Source: the human T2T-CHM13v2.0 reference genome, Homo sapiens. Taken from it: a stretch of 64,000 bases of DNA. Positions 1 through 15,555 of the stretch are shown here, piece by piece. The number at the start of each line of letters is the position of its first letter. Within the stretch, counting starts at the first letter, position 1. Position numbers and translations under genes: made by a program. A model generated the notes under the pieces. That model saw only the letters and a program-made list of their open reading frames with translations. It did no database searches and was not told the DNA's origin. The DNA is taken from assembly GCF_009914755.1 (NCBI RefSeq), contig NC_060936.1. One strand, given 5' to 3'.

Positions 1-1015
1 TGAGCAGAATTCCATTTAAAATGGCCCCAGCCAGTCTCTCTCTCTCTCGGGGCACATACACACACGTGGCTCACATCTGATTGCTGGGAAACTCTCACTT
101 ACTTTTTATCTTGACAAAACTCAGTACAGGTGAATCTTAATGCAACAGCATCTCTCTCCTGGCTCTGCCCTCAGACATCTCACCTGTAGACACTCAGGCT
201 CCTCTGGCATCAGCACAATGTGCCTCCCAACTCCAAGGGACAGAAATGAAGCTCTCTGCAAGTCTCAGAGAAGCCCTGATCTCTAGGCTTGAAGCTAAGG
301 GGGAAGTACCCATCTCCTGCTGTAAGGGTGGGGAAGGGAGACTCAGCACTGAAGCAGTTCTCTCCAAAACATCTCTTCACAAACCTAGCCTTAGTTACTA
401 CTCCTATACCTTCTCATATCTTTCTTATGGGGTTCAGAGCCTTTAAATAGCTCTAGGTCACTTAATTAAAAACTTTTACTCAGTGGTCCAATAGCTCACT
501 TTGGAATTTAACATCTTATGAATTTGCCACAGTTAAAACTCCCAGTTTTACCTCCTATCTGTGCTTCTTTTAAAAGCAGCCCAAGATCAAATTAAATTTT
601 GTTAACACGCTTATGGCCCTCTGTATGTCCTTGACTGAACTGCTTCACCCTTTATTCTTGTTGTAATTAAGGGTGTTCAGAAGAAACAATTTAAAAATGG
701 GAAATAATAATACAAATTAAGCATGTGCTATACATTTATTAAGTCATATTAAAACCTCCTTTTAAAGCGCTTGAAGGTTCACATATTATATACAGTCTTA
801 AAAATCATGGCTTTTGGTATAATTTTCCAGCTCTGAGGTGGTGGAAAAAAAAGAAAGAGAGGGAACTAAAGGCAAGGAAGGGGCTGACCGCTGCGCCCTT
901 TGCACCAAGAGAATAAACAACCTGGGAAGTCATCAACCCCAATTCTGAGGACAGTGTCAAGGGCTTTGTTAATATCCCTGGGATACCAATTATTTTCCAA
1001 ATAAAGCTTTGCTGG

Positions 1016-1067
1016 TGTGTGCATGCACGCACACACACATGCACACACACACGCACACACACACACA
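1016..1067. repeat. Imperfect (TG)/(CA)n alternating purine-pyrimidine microsatellite
   Basis: gtgtgtgcatgcacgcacacacacatgcacacac... read directly. Confidence 0.9.
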
Positions 1068-2499
1068 TTTCCCACCCTTGTCCTGTGTATTTGCAATTCA
1101 GGCTATGCACAGTGCAGAACAGCGTGGCTTAGTTTTTAGGAAGTTTATTCCAATGGAAAATGAATTCTTGGATTTAATCCCAAATAAATTATCTTTCTAA
1201 TCATATGAAGGTATATTCCCATATCCACACACAATAAAAAATCTTGAACTGAAATAAAACTCATGCTCAGAAGAGAACAAATCCCCAGGAGCCATTTTCC
1301 ACTGATCTGTTTTTATCTCCTGGAATTCATTCTCTCTCCTTTACTAAGAGATTTCTGTGAAAGTATGACTCAGTTCCTCCAGCAGGTCTTGACTACTATC
1401 TCTGAGACAAATTTCAAAACCCATCTGACACATTTTAAGACCACTGTTCATACAGCATTTTCTGACATACTTTTCAGTGTTCTGGAAAGTCAGCTGCTTT
1501 TTCATCTCACTCCCCACTCCTCAAATCCTTTTCCTTTTAGTGCTTCATTATAAAAGCAATATATATTCATTAAAAAAGTAAAATGTAGACAAGCAAAATA
1601 ACATAAAGTGCACTCATGATTCAGTCAGAAATATTCATTATGTTTCTCTGAATATTTTTAATATCCTTTTTACATGCATGTTTTCTTAATCTGTAGGTAG
1701 GAATCACATTTAAATGCTATTATAGGTAACCATATTAAACCAACTTGATAGTTTTTGACCACTTGCATTGGTTCCGATTTCCTTACCATAAGTAGGGAAG
1801 AGAAGAAATTATTGGCTTTAAATGAATTACATATAAATAGAAAATACATATGAAAAAACTTTAAATACTAATTTCTAACAAATTTTAATTTTCACCAAAT
1901 TATTGTGTTCTCTCTCACCTCTAGCTCCTAAGCTCAGCTAGGTTTGTATCTTTCCATGCTTATGTATATTCTTTTATACATATGCACGCACTTTTTTTCT
2001 AAATAAACCTATACATGCACATAATATTTTGAGAATTGCTTATTTCACTTAACAATATCTCTTAGACCTAACCAATCTTTTGAATAGTGGATTGCAGGCT
2101 TTGATTTTATTCTACAAACAATGAAGAACTTATTTACTTGCCAAGCTGGAATATCAGATGGATAAACAGGTTCCTGGATTGTTTATGATAAGTAGCCTCA
2201 TGGGAAATAACACCTTATCTGTAGATAAAGAAATTGCAAAATAACTCACTGTGGCTGAAAATCATTCAGTGGCAAGTTGTACAACATCATCTCCTTCAAA
2301 GTCAAGTACTCAAGACCTAAAAATGGCAAATATTATAAATAACTTTTCTATAAGTTTTAGAAAGTATATTATCAAGAAATAGTTTTTAAAAAGATATATA
2401 TTATTGCATTACTTTTTTTGGAATGATATAAGTTAAAAAAATTTTAAGTCTCTCTTAAAATTAAAAAAATTATTTTAATTTATATAATTAAATATAAAA

Positions 2500-2803
2500 T
2501 TATTATTGTTATTAATTTTTACAGATAGAATCTCTCTCAATTGCCCAGGCTGGAGTGCAGTGATGGAATCATAGCTCACTGCAGCCTCGAACTCCTGGGC
2601 TCAAGCAATCCTCCCACCTCAGTTTTCTGAGTAGGTAGGACTACAGCTGCTTGCCACCATGCCCAACTAACTTTTAATATTTTTTGTAGAGATGAGGTCT
2701 TACCATTTTGCCCAGGCTGGTCATGAACCCCTGGCCTCAAGTGCTCCTCCTGCTTTATCCTCTCAAAGTGCTGAGATTACAGGTATGAGCCACTGTGCCA
2801 AGT
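2500..2803 (-). mobile_element. Alu SINE, AluJ-type
   Basis: Antisense Alu with AluJ-style segments (atcatagctcactgcagcctcgaactcctgggctcaagcaatcctcccacctcag). Confidence 0.9.
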
Positions 2804-2852
2804 ACCAAATTACATTAAATTAATCAGTATTTAAAGAACTCTAAATTCAAGG

Positions 2853-3125
2853 TTTTTTTTTTTTTTTTTAAATTAAAGTTCTGGAATACATGTGCAGAAC
2901 AGGCAGGTTTGTTACATAGGTATACATGCGCCACGGTGGTTTGCTGCACGTATCAACCCATCATCTAGGTTTTAAGCCCTGCATGCATTAGGTATTTGTC
3001 CTAATGCTTTCCCTCCCATTGCCTCCCACTCCCACAACAGGCCCCAGTGTGTGATGTTCCCCTCCCTGTGTCCATGTGTTCTCATTGTTCAACTCACGCT
3101 TATGAGTGAGAACATGCAGTGTTTG
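2853..3125 (-). mobile_element. L1PA (about L1PA7-10) 3' end, 5'-truncated
   Basis: Poly(T) followed by L1PA 3'UTR (catgtgcagaac...tcatctaggttttaagcc...tgtgatgttcccctccctgtgtccatgtg); flanked by ctaaa(t/c)tcaa TSD-like repeats. Confidence 0.9.
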
Positions 3126-3224
3126 CTAAACTCAAAAGTTTTTGAGCTTGGATCTTGTGTGTGTGATTTGTAATTTCTTTGTGTGTAAAAAGGCAACATT
3201 TCTGTGGTAATTACCATAGATGGG

Positions 3225-3250
3225 GTGTGTGTGTGTGTGTGTGTGTGTGT
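3225..3250. repeat. (TG)n microsatellite
   Basis: Direct. Confidence 0.95.
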
Positions 3251-3492
3251 GAGAATGTGTGTGTTTTGACAAATGAAAAAGTGAAACCTAAAGAATTATT
3301 TGGTAGACTTAGACTTTTCCTTTCTTGTGGCTTCCTCCAAAAAATTCTGATAATAAAAATTTTGTAATTTATTCAAGCAAGACAGCAAGATGTTTTATAA
3401 GTTAGCAGGTAGCATAGAAAAAGAATACCAAGAAACTTTTGGGCAACATGGGCCCTTTTTTAAAATAGTCACAACCAGCACTTTGCCTAAAT

Positions 3493-3686
3493 CAATGGTC
3501 TCTAACCTGGGGTGATTTTGATCCCCAGAAAACATTTAACAATGTCTGGAGACATTTTTGTTGTCACAACTGGAGAGAGTTGCTACTGGCATCTAGTGAG
3601 TTGAGACCAGGGATGTTGCAAATTATCTTATAATACACAAACCAGTGCCTTACAACAAAGAATTCCTCAGCCCAAAATGTCAACAG
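3493..3686. mobile_element. MER20 (hAT-Charlie DNA transposon fossil)
   Basis: aatgtctggagacatttttgttgtcacaactgg...gctactggcatctagtgagttgagaccagggatg...cccaaaatgtcaa matches the recalled MER20 consensus. Confidence 0.85.
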
Positions 3687-4037
3687 ACATGCCAACCAAT
3701 TTGAGAGGAAATGCCTTTGTTTGGATGTTAGTTTTGAAGACATCTGTCACTGCTCAAAATAAACCAGAAGTCTCTCTTAAATATATGACTGAAATTCTTT
3801 CCATCCCTGAACTTCTTTGGAACACACCAAGAAGGTGGTTTGCTCACCAAGTCTGTGTTGGAGAGAATATGTTTGAAACCTAATCTGCTGACTCTTGAAC
3901 CCAGGAACCAAATATATAGACTTAATATTTTTACATTAAAAGTCAGTAACTGCCTCAGTTTCATGGTGGTGGTTGTCACTAGATCTGACATTTGGCTTAA
4001 TCTTGGGAAAAATTGGAAAAATTATCTTAAAGCTTTT

Positions 4038-4425
<388 letters not shown>

Positions 4426-4870
4426 TTATGTCGTATTTCCAAAAATATGACTATGTATCTTTGGTGATGATGGAGGACTACACTGATGATTATTTTTTTG
4501 TGTGAATAGTTATCATATCCATCTGTTGATGACATTTGATTGCTTCCTTGGTAAATTTGTACCTAGGTAGTGTTTTATACTTTTCTAATTAGAATAAGCT
4601 TTGCGTAAGTCAGGTTCTCATTTGGTCTTTCAGTAACTTTAAACGCTCAACAAGACTGTGTAAAGAGAGCTTGGGTGACAGTCTCTGAATTCATTAGGCG
4701 TTAATAGATGGGCCTACTTAATGGTGCTCAAAAGAGGGGGACATATTAAACATGTGGGGGCTTCCTCAAACCGTAAATGTCAGAAGATTCTACTACTATG
4801 TTTCTTTGGAGCTTAGTGTTAAATACTCAGTATTCGCTTTCTTATCCCAGGCTCCTATTATTTTTTAATT

Positions 4871-5395
4871 TGTGGTGGTTAATTTTATGTGTCAATTTGA
4901 CTGGGCTATGGGGTGCTCCAATATTTGGGTGTTTCTGTGAGGGTGTTTTGGATGAATTTACATGTACATTGGTGGACGGAGTAAGGCAGATTGCCCTCCT
5001 CCTGTGTGGTTTATAACGTTTGTTAATGCGATTATTAGTGTGGGTGGGCTTCATCCATTTAGCTGGATAGAACAGCCTGAATAGAACAAAAAGGCTGACG
5101 CTCCTCATAATAACAGAGGATTCCTCCTGTCTGCCTTTGAACTGAGGCATTGGTATTTTCCTGCCTTTGAATTCAAACTAAAACATTGGCTCTTCCTGGT
5201 AGATTCCACCAGCCTTCGGACTGGAGCTCCACCATTGGATCTCCTAGGTCTTTAGCTTGCCAATTCACCCAGCAGATCTTGGGACTTTTTATCCTCCATA
5301 ATCATATGAGCCAATTCCTTATAATAAATCTCTCTCTATAGACATAGATATAGATCCCATCGGTTCTACTGCTTTGGAGAATCCAGACGAATGTA
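4871..5395 (+). mobile_element. MLT2-type ERVL solo LTR
   Basis: Begins tgtggtggttaattttatgtgtcaatttgactgggc; contains ctgcctttgaactgaggcat and ccaattccttataataaatctc. Confidence 0.85.
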
Positions 5396-5499
5396 TTATT
5401 TATGTAAATAATAATGGCAATAACAATATTAATAATGATAAAAGTCATGGCTAACATTTGTTGCCATTGAACTGAATATTTGTTATTTTTATTTGTTTA

Positions 5500-5955
5500 G
5501 CACCTTTTTCCCTTTTTGGCTTTGAATACCTCTTTCCTGTGAGGAGCTCATTTATTGCAAATATGATGTAACAGACGTAGCTTTTTTCCAAAGATCTAAG
5601 AGTGGGCATGAGGAGTCCTTCAGTGTGCCATTCTTTTCTCTAGCCATAGTGATTGGTTCAGAAATGGGCATATGATCCAAACAAAGCCAATCAGAATCTT
5701 TCTTTGAGCTTCCCTCCAGGATAATTTGAGAAAACCCTCTTTTTCCATTAGGGTAGGATAGAAGCCAGTTAGAGAATGAAGCCAGGCAGAAACAAGGAGA
5801 GCCAAAATATGGCAAGACAGAAACTTGACTTCGTTTGAGCTCCTGGAGCCATCTGTGCCTAAAGGCATAATTGCTTTTTTAAATTTCCCAATTGCAATTC
5901 CCTTTTGTGCTTAAGCTACTTTTAGTTGAGTTTTTGGACACTTACAACTGAATGG
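5500..5955 (+). mobile_element. Old MLT1 (J/K/L-like) MaLR LTR
   Basis: gtgattggttcagaaatgggcatatgatcc...gccaatcaga and 3' end gcttaagc...gttgagttttt...cacttacaactgaa. Confidence 0.65.
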
Positions 5956-5959
5956 TAAT

Positions 5960-6660
<701 letters not shown>

Positions 6661-7781
6661 TATAGCAGTATGTGTTTGTATATCTCTTTTTAATTTTAAG
6701 ACAGAATGGACAATTTTAAAACTAAATGGCACTTCTTTTCTATTTATAAGTAGGAAGATAAGGGTAAAAAAATAGGGATAAAAATATTATGCTATAACTG
6801 AAAAGTAAAGTTTTGTCTTCCAAGTGCTACAAATAATTAAAAGTCTTGGATTTGGTGGGTGGGGGGGGGTCCTTCAGATTCTTATGAGAGTAATCTGCTA
6901 ATATCTATTTGTTAAATAAATAGTGGATAAATGTGACACCTTCTGAAGCTCAGTAGTCACTCATGGCACTTAGCAGCCAAAGATGAAGAGAGTATGTGCC
7001 TTCAGAGCCCAACCTGATCCCCCTCCTTCCCCTGAGGTGATGAGTAAGGTTTTACTCCCTTGTCTAGATTCCAGAAGGAAGTACAGATTTGTTCAGTCAT
7101 AATTTCACCCATGCTATAGGGTGAATCAATTAGGCAAAATCAGGGATGGAAGTTGCCTGGGTTTAATTTAACATTGGTATCACATTCCTCTTGTATTTCC
7201 AAAATGTGTTCTTAAATAAAAAGATACTCAAATCAATAGGTCTATATCTGCTGGAAAAAAACCACTACATTGACATCATACCATCTTATATATGCCTCTA
7301 TGAGAAAGACTTGTAACATAGAGAGATTATTAAAGCATTATAAAAGCTCCTAGAAATCACTGCTTCATGATTTATTTGTTTCATGTGTGGCAACTTTATA
7401 TGTCCCTATTTAGCAGATTTATGCCATTCTCTAAGGACATGTCAGGTGACTTCCTCACTTTATGGCTACCAAAATTGAAAGTTAACAGGCTCAACTTTTT
7501 GCTACCTACGTAATAAGAAATAGTTTCATGAGAATAGGATAGTAATATTAAAAATACTATATTTTATTTGCAGATTATACAGTAATAAGAAGAATACTGT
7601 ATTTATGTGTTAAAAACATATCTATTTTGACGTTTTAGGCATTCATTCTCCATGGCTAATGATACTGAGTTCCTAGGCTGCTCCAGATGAGGGATTAATG
7701 ATTGGCCTTCACTGGCTGGGGAACATGTAGAATTTTTTTCTCCCATATAAGTGACCACAAAATATAAACCTTACATGTCTC

Positions 7782-8532
<751 letters not shown>

Positions 8533-8965
8533 GTCTGGTTTCATAATTCTTATGGTTCCAGTCAAAATGTCCACCACTTTCTGGCTTTGGTTGATCTGAT
8601 CATGGGATATCACATCTCTAATTTCTAAGAGGCAAGTCAGGCCATGGAAAGAAATAGGCACTATTGACTAGTCTTTTGTCATCATAATAAAGTGAACAAA
8701 ATCTGGGGTTGGCTACTGCTTGGTGTTGGCAGAAACAGAAATGAAAAATGTGTCAAAGAGGCAGGTGTTACTGGAAACTGCACTAAATTAAAAGTTTTCC
8801 TTCAAACAGCTTTTTTTTGACTCACTTCACCAAGTTAGGCTTCAAGTAAGGCCACTTCTTTTTTGTTTCCCCAACTAACTTCTTGAGCACCGGTAAGGAA
8901 AATTTGGAGAAAATTCTCCCATGAAGTCTTGAGCCACTTGATGCCCGGCCAAAAAATAAATTTAG

Positions 8966-9380
<415 letters not shown>

Positions 9381-9655
9381 AAGGGGGAATTTTTTTTTTA
9401 AACGACCTCGTTATCTCTCGGCACCCTACTTCTTTATTTAGTTTGGGATATCTATGTCTTTCTTTAAGGATTTTCCTGAAATTTGCTCCTCTGCAAAGTC
9501 TAGTGGATTAAGTTTTGTGGAAATTTCAATAAATGCTCACATCTCTGTTTCTTTTATCTTTGCTAGAGGTAAAAAAAAAAAAGGAACCAGGACACTCCTT
9601 TCAGTTGCCTCCAGTATTGATAACTCAGAATTCCTGCTAAGGGTTAGCAGGCTGC

Positions 9656-10128
9656 TGTGTTAGGCAGAATTAATGGCCCCCACCCATGTCCCATAGATAT
9701 CTACACCCAAATCCCTGGAATCTGTGAGATTTGCAGATTTAATTAAGTCAAAGACCTTGAAATGGGGACTTTATCCCGGATTATTCCAGTGGGCTCAATG
9801 TATTCAGAAATTTATTTAACAAGGGCAAGAAGAAGTCAGGCGAGTGACAGAAGATGTGACATTAAACGTAGAGATCAGAGTGATGAGATTGCTTGAAGGA
9901 GATCATGAGCCAAAGAATGCAGGCAGCCTCTAGAAGCTAGAAAAGGCAAGAAAATGGATTCTCCTCTAGAGCCTCCAGAAGGAAGACAGCTCTGCTGACA
10001 ACTTGAGTTGAACCCAGTGAGATTCATTTAATAATTCTTATTTTTGGAACTATAAGATAGTAAATTGCATCGTTTTAAGCCAACAGGTTTATGTTCGTTT
10101 GTTACAGCAACAATAGGAAACTAATACA
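9656..10128 (+). mobile_element. MLT1C/D MaLR solo LTR
   Basis: tgtgttaggcagaattaatggcccc...ctagaagctagaaaaggcaag...tctcctctagagcctccagaagg...gttacagcaacaataggaaactaataca; flanks gctgc/actgc. Confidence 0.88.
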
Positions 10129-11799
10129 ACTGCAAACACTCTCCCCTGTTCATCAGCCCCAGTAAGCAAGAAACACTGGCCTGGGACTCAGACTCAGGAC
10201 TTCTAGAACACTTAAAATTGTCTGATTTTAGGCACAGGTCTCAAAGCAGTGTGGGTAATATTAAGTATGGTTGATGGTATTAAATTAATAAGAAAATAAA
10301 ATTTGTGTGAAAGCCTTTCACTGATTTCTGTTTTTCTAGTCCTATAGTTTCCATTTCTTTGTGATTAAGAATTAAAGTTTATGTTGATTAGAGAGGGAAG
10401 GCTCCTATAATGTTTGGCAGATAAGCACTCACCTGTCTTTAAGCATAATATCTCCCCTTTGATCAGCAACCTCAAAATGATCATCAGCCACTCCAATTAT
10501 CTAGGAATTCTAAAGGTTAGTCAGTACAAAGAAGGACAGGCAGTTGGACATAGAACTGAAGATGGCCTTTGCTGCTGTCTGCCACATGGTGTCCTGCTGA
10601 AGACTGTTCTGCAAAGATGAACTGATGTTTGCTTCATCTCCATTATGCTTTTGTTGGTCCATGTCCTGCAGGTGTGCCACACTTGGATGCCAAGGAAGCT
10701 GCACTTGTTTTCATTAATTACTCTTCAAACACAACATCCAGCAAACTTAAATGGGGAGATTCTCCTGGATGATTCTATAGCCCAAGGGGCTTTCTCCCTA
10801 AGCCATATATTGTGCCGCCACTAGACCTTCTCCGTAAACACCTACTTCCACGTGGGACCTTAAAGCCGTAATTGTTTCTCCCTTGTGCTCCTGATGAATT
10901 CTCCCGTTGAAGTTAAAGTCACTTCAGTCCTCACTTCTAGGTTCCCCTAATTTCAGCTCTTGGGATCTACAGGCCAGGATCCAAGTTCTTTCTTTCCCAG
11001 AGAACCTTGGACTTCTTGTGACAGTAGCTTCACTTCTTTCCACAGGGATTGTTTAATGGGTTTGCTGGGGAACCCATTAGGGCATTGGATGCCAACTCTA
11101 CCTACATTTACACACAGAGTGCACTTATTTGATTCCTGTCAGGACTGAAGTGGCTCTGACTTCCTTTATGAGGGAAGCATCATCTTTCCACAACATTTAA
11201 TCACTCCTTTTAAAACTCTCTGGATAATAGGAGAAATATGCAATGAATTCTCATACATCTGCCAGGTAGACACAGACATAGCAGTGATTGTTCTCTGATC
11301 TATATCCTATGATGTTTTGATTTTTCATCATCATAATCAATCCTCTCTGAGCAAGCACCAGTCTGTTAATTTAGTCCACACAGGGTTAAAAAAAGGATAT
11401 TTATTTCCCGTCTGCTGAACTTCAGACTGCTATTCACACAGCCCAGTAATGAATTCACTCTTTTAGCAGCAACTTCTCATGTGAATTTCTTGAACTCACA
11501 GCCAGGTAAAATTCTTCTTAAGTTACTTGTGTTATGTGTAGCCTGTGTCTGAATATTCATTTTATCTCTATTTCATTTCTTCTTATTTTATTCAGCTTAG
11601 ATTTCAATTGTTTCAACAACATATTACAGATATTATATAAAATTTTAATTATTTTCAGATTTCATTGCAATAATTTCTCTATTGTCAATCAACTTTTCGA
11701 AAAAGGCCAAAGATACCTCGTACCTTTCTTCAGCTTGACATTCCTCTTTTGGTTAGCATTCTTTGGGTGAAAGTGCACAAAGATACCCTTTATTGACAA

Positions 11800-11890
11800 G
11801 GAATATTAAAGAATCAGAAAATCCTAGGTTAAAATCCTTGTTTTTCTGTTACTAGCTGTGTGACGTTGAACAAATTGCCTCACTTTAATT
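11800..11890 (+). mobile_element. MIR fragment
   Basis: gaatcagaaaatcctaggttaaaatcc...actagctgtgtgacgttgaacaaattgcctcac. Confidence 0.6.
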
Positions 11891-11949
11891 TAATAAATAA
11901 TTTTAAATATCATGGGGATATTTATTGGCCACATTAGATTATTGTTCTG

Positions 11950-12243
11950 GTGTATGTGTGTACATGTATGTATGTGCATGTGTGTATGTGTTTCGATGTA
12001 TATTCTAGTGTTTTTGCATTGTGTGTATATACATATGTTTATGTGTATGCCTGTGTGTATTATGTGTGTAGGTATGTGCATGTATGTGTATATATGTGTT
12101 TATATGTGTTATGCTGTATTTATATTTGTGTGTATATGTGTGTGCTTGTGTTTGTGTGTATATGTGTGTATGTTGTTGCATATTAGGTGTGCGTTTGTGT
12201 GTATGTGTATATTGATTATGTGTGCATGTAGCTGTATGTGTAT
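11950..12243. repeat. Degenerate (TG/TA)n low-complexity tract
   Basis: Direct; source of several spurious C/V/Y/H/T-rich ORFs. Confidence 0.9.
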
Positions 12244-12859
12244 TCTGGAACATATTAGATTGTCAATAAACAGTAGATATTAAATTAATAAGGCAAACTA
12301 TGACCACAACCACCAAATGATACTCAACTATATCTGAACAATGTCTTGCACAGTGCCTGGTATAATAAATATTTCCCTTAACCACTCTGGTAAATATAGA
12401 TATAAAGGAAATGATATAATCCTGGCATGATTTGAACTTCATGAACCTGTTGGTCCTTAGTGATCATCTCTTTACTTTATAAGTGTTTACCAGCCCCTTA
12501 TACTCTAACATTTTGCTAGGGATCTATCCAATGTCTTTGGCATATAGTTTAATAAATTGAACTGCTTTCACCTCTTTGAAAATGGAAACATGTATTTGCC
12601 CTTTTTCCACCTGCCAGCAAGACTTCTCTTTTCCATAGTTCTTCAAAGATGACTATTTGCAGTTCCCTGATGTCAGGATGTCATCTGAGCCATCTTTTGG
12701 TCTTGTGGAATGGAGCCTTCTTTGGTCATCAAAGTCCTTTGAAATGTGCATTTTTTTCAACCTCCTTACCTAGCTTAAACTTTAATTTCCTCCTCCCAGT
12801 GTTTGCTTTCTCTTTTCTAAACTGACAATTAACCTTCTTAACCACTATATTAATAAAGT

Positions 12860-13280
12860 ATCTCTTAATTAAAAATGCAAGAAATCCAACTTAAACTCTC
12901 TTAGGACAAAAAGGAATACCTTGGCTCACATAGCTGGGGGATTCAGGGGTAAGGCTTATTTCAATCAAGGCTGGATACAGGGATTCAGGGGATGTCCCAG
13001 GAGCCCAGTTTTCTTGCCATATTTCAGCCCTTATTCCTTCTGTGAATAAGCTTTTGACTTGGTAGGGAAGATAACTACTGAATTTGATTCAAATCCAAAA
13101 TGATGAGAAACTCTTTCTCTCTCAGCATCCATGAATCAAATATCCTGGGGAGAATCTGACTGGTATGTTTGTTTATATGCTCATGGCCATAGCCAGGCAG
13201 GCTGGGCACTGTGGCTCATTAGACTCATGAGATTGAGGAGGGATCCAGGACTGTGAAACAGAGGTCTGCTACAGCAGAGA
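12860..13280 (-). mobile_element. Old MLT1 (K/L-like) LTR inserted in the L3
   Basis: gcaagaaatccaacttaaact...aaaaggaat..ttggctcacatagctg...ggctggatacagggattca. Confidence 0.6.
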
Positions 13281-15555
13281 AAGGTCATGAAAAGTTTTGC
13301 TTTCTGCCTGTCTTCTGCAGACTTTACACTATTGTCCCCAAACCTTTCTGTTGCTTTTTGTATACTTTCAAAAAACCGATTTTCATCTTTCTTGGTAATT
13401 TTTACAATATTTCCTTTATTCTCTTGGTATTAGTTTTCACTTGTTTTTATTATGTTTTCATTCTTCCATGTTTTAAAAATGGCATCTTTAAAATTATTCT
13501 GTTTATCTAAGAGCCGGTTGAGCTGTCAAAGTGGTTTCTTTACCGCCTCCCCCTCATCTTCCATGATTAGACTCTCAGATCGGTGTGTTTAAAAGCCTAG
13601 TCTTTTTCTTCTCCGGTCTCTGCTTCTCTGGCTATGAGATCATGCATATCTTCTTTCTGAACCTCTGGAAAGCCATCTTCTTTTACTTTGGAGCATATAT
13701 ATAGCTTTGCTCAGGGTTCAGAGCTTCCGGACTGTAAGATTCTATTACTGGTAACCCCTCTTCTGGCAAAGAACTCTACCATTTTCATTTTGCCAAAGAT
13801 GACTTTCTCTCCTGGCCAGAATTGTGTCCTAAGGAGCTCCCTTCATTACTTTTTCTGTCTTCAAAAAGATGAAGTTATTAGAATGATATATCCCATGCTT
13901 TGCTCTTAGCTGGTAGTGACTTCCTGGAGATGTTTAGATAAGCAGAATCTTCATCTCTTCTGTATCTTGCCTCTATATCTGTGCCAGCTTTGTGATCAAT
14001 GCTAGGACATGATTGCCCATTCTTTCTTCCCAGAATGGCTGTTGTACCAACCATCCCCAACCCTATCACCAACAATAATATCATTTTGGCAATCTTTCCT
14101 TTCGTCTCTACCCAGATGCTCTTTATCATTCTGCCATCCCTGATTTGGGGTTTTTTGCAAAGGTATATACCTTCTTGAAACAGAGTACCACTCCCTTTGC
14201 ACGATGTAGTAAATTTTATGAAAGATGCTTCTTGTGAATTCTATTTCACGAAGATGCAATGATGTTTATGTGGGGGTGTTCATTTTGTTGTGCAAACATC
14301 AAATTGTATTTTTGGCCTATTGGTATTTAAACAGCTAGGAACCTAAGTGCTATGTCCTTCTGCCTCTTAAATTATTTTCTGCTGTGAATTACTAGGTACT
14401 TTATACACTGGCTTCATACTTTAGAGTTTTACCTGGGCTTTTCCCTCCTTTTTTCTTCCACTGTTTCAATTTTAAATCCTCTAAAACACCCCAGTGAATG
14501 CATTCTTCTCTTTAGGAAAATAGATCAAATCTTATTATAACCAGTGCAAAAGAAACAATTCTCATTTTTCTTTTTTTTTTATATTGGGAATGTGTATTTT
14601 CAAATGACATTTAGCACAACAGGGCCTATAGATTGGGTTTGCAAAATTCTTTTATAATGATTCTTGTCATGGATACCTATAATATGTTTGACTTAGAACT
14701 GTTGTTCAGTTTGACTAAATATACCACACCATGCTCCAAGTTATTCACATCTACAGAACATGTTCCATGTGGGGCTTTTAAGGTCTCTCCTAACCCTAAG
14801 GGCTGAAGAAGTGTAGCTGGAGAAGTGGAAAATGGCTCACAGTAGTAAAAGTAGACCTTTTTCATAGCATAACCAGGACCTGATAGGTCTGAGGGCTCAG
14901 ATAGAGAAGCTGCAGAAACCCAGAAGTGGTGATGGGGGGTGTTCTATTTTTGCCTTCTCTTGCCTCTGTCTCTGACATGTACTCCTGCCTTTGCCCTGCC
15001 CTCAAGCTTGCTTCTGTCTGGTTATTTCTCCCACTCTTACCGCATCTCTGCTCCTTTGTTGTGAACCTTGGTCCAACTTTGTCTTATGCCTGAATTTGGC
15101 TCATGCCTGACTTTGGCTCTGCCCCACTTCTTCGCCTGCCTCAGGGCCTGCGCTTTCCCTGTGGCCAAGGATCCTGAGGACAAAGGCGTTCTGAATGTGA
15201 TATAAGAGTTTCAGAGCAGCATGCCTGAAGACAGTTTTAAGTGTTTACCAGTTTCCTTTGCTCCTCCTGGGGCGGAGGTAAAGAAGGAGAGGAGAGGAAG
15301 AACTGGCATCAAACATTTAGAAGATAATTAAGAGGACCTCAAGCTGCCTTTGTTGAGTGTATCTCCTGAAGTGCAGATAAAATCAGTATCAAGGATCAGA
15401 CCGACCATGAGGATGAAAGTCCCATGGGAGAGGAACTAGAAATTTCATTGAGTAGGACTCAGCACAAGAGGTGCCTCAGCAGCCTCATCTTGGGTAAGCC
15501 ACTTACCATCTTTGAGCCTTTGTTTTATTATCTGTAAGATGAGGACAATAATGCC

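Larger units (their letters stand above)
11300..14210 (-). mobile_element. Ancient L3/CR1 LINE ORF2 fossil (endonuclease, RT, C-terminus), fragmented by later insertions
   Basis: Minus-strand translations in CR1 order: AKGVVLCFKKVY, IKSIWVETKG, EDSAYLNISRKSLPAKSKAWD (EN); VSIFKE, RFMKFKSCQDYIISFISIFTRVVKG (RT); VAAKRVNSLLGCVNSSLKFSRREI (C-term). Confidence 0.8.

Noticed and set aside
11890-12283. C/V/M- and H/T-rich ORFs
   Set aside because: Translations of a degenerate TG repeat
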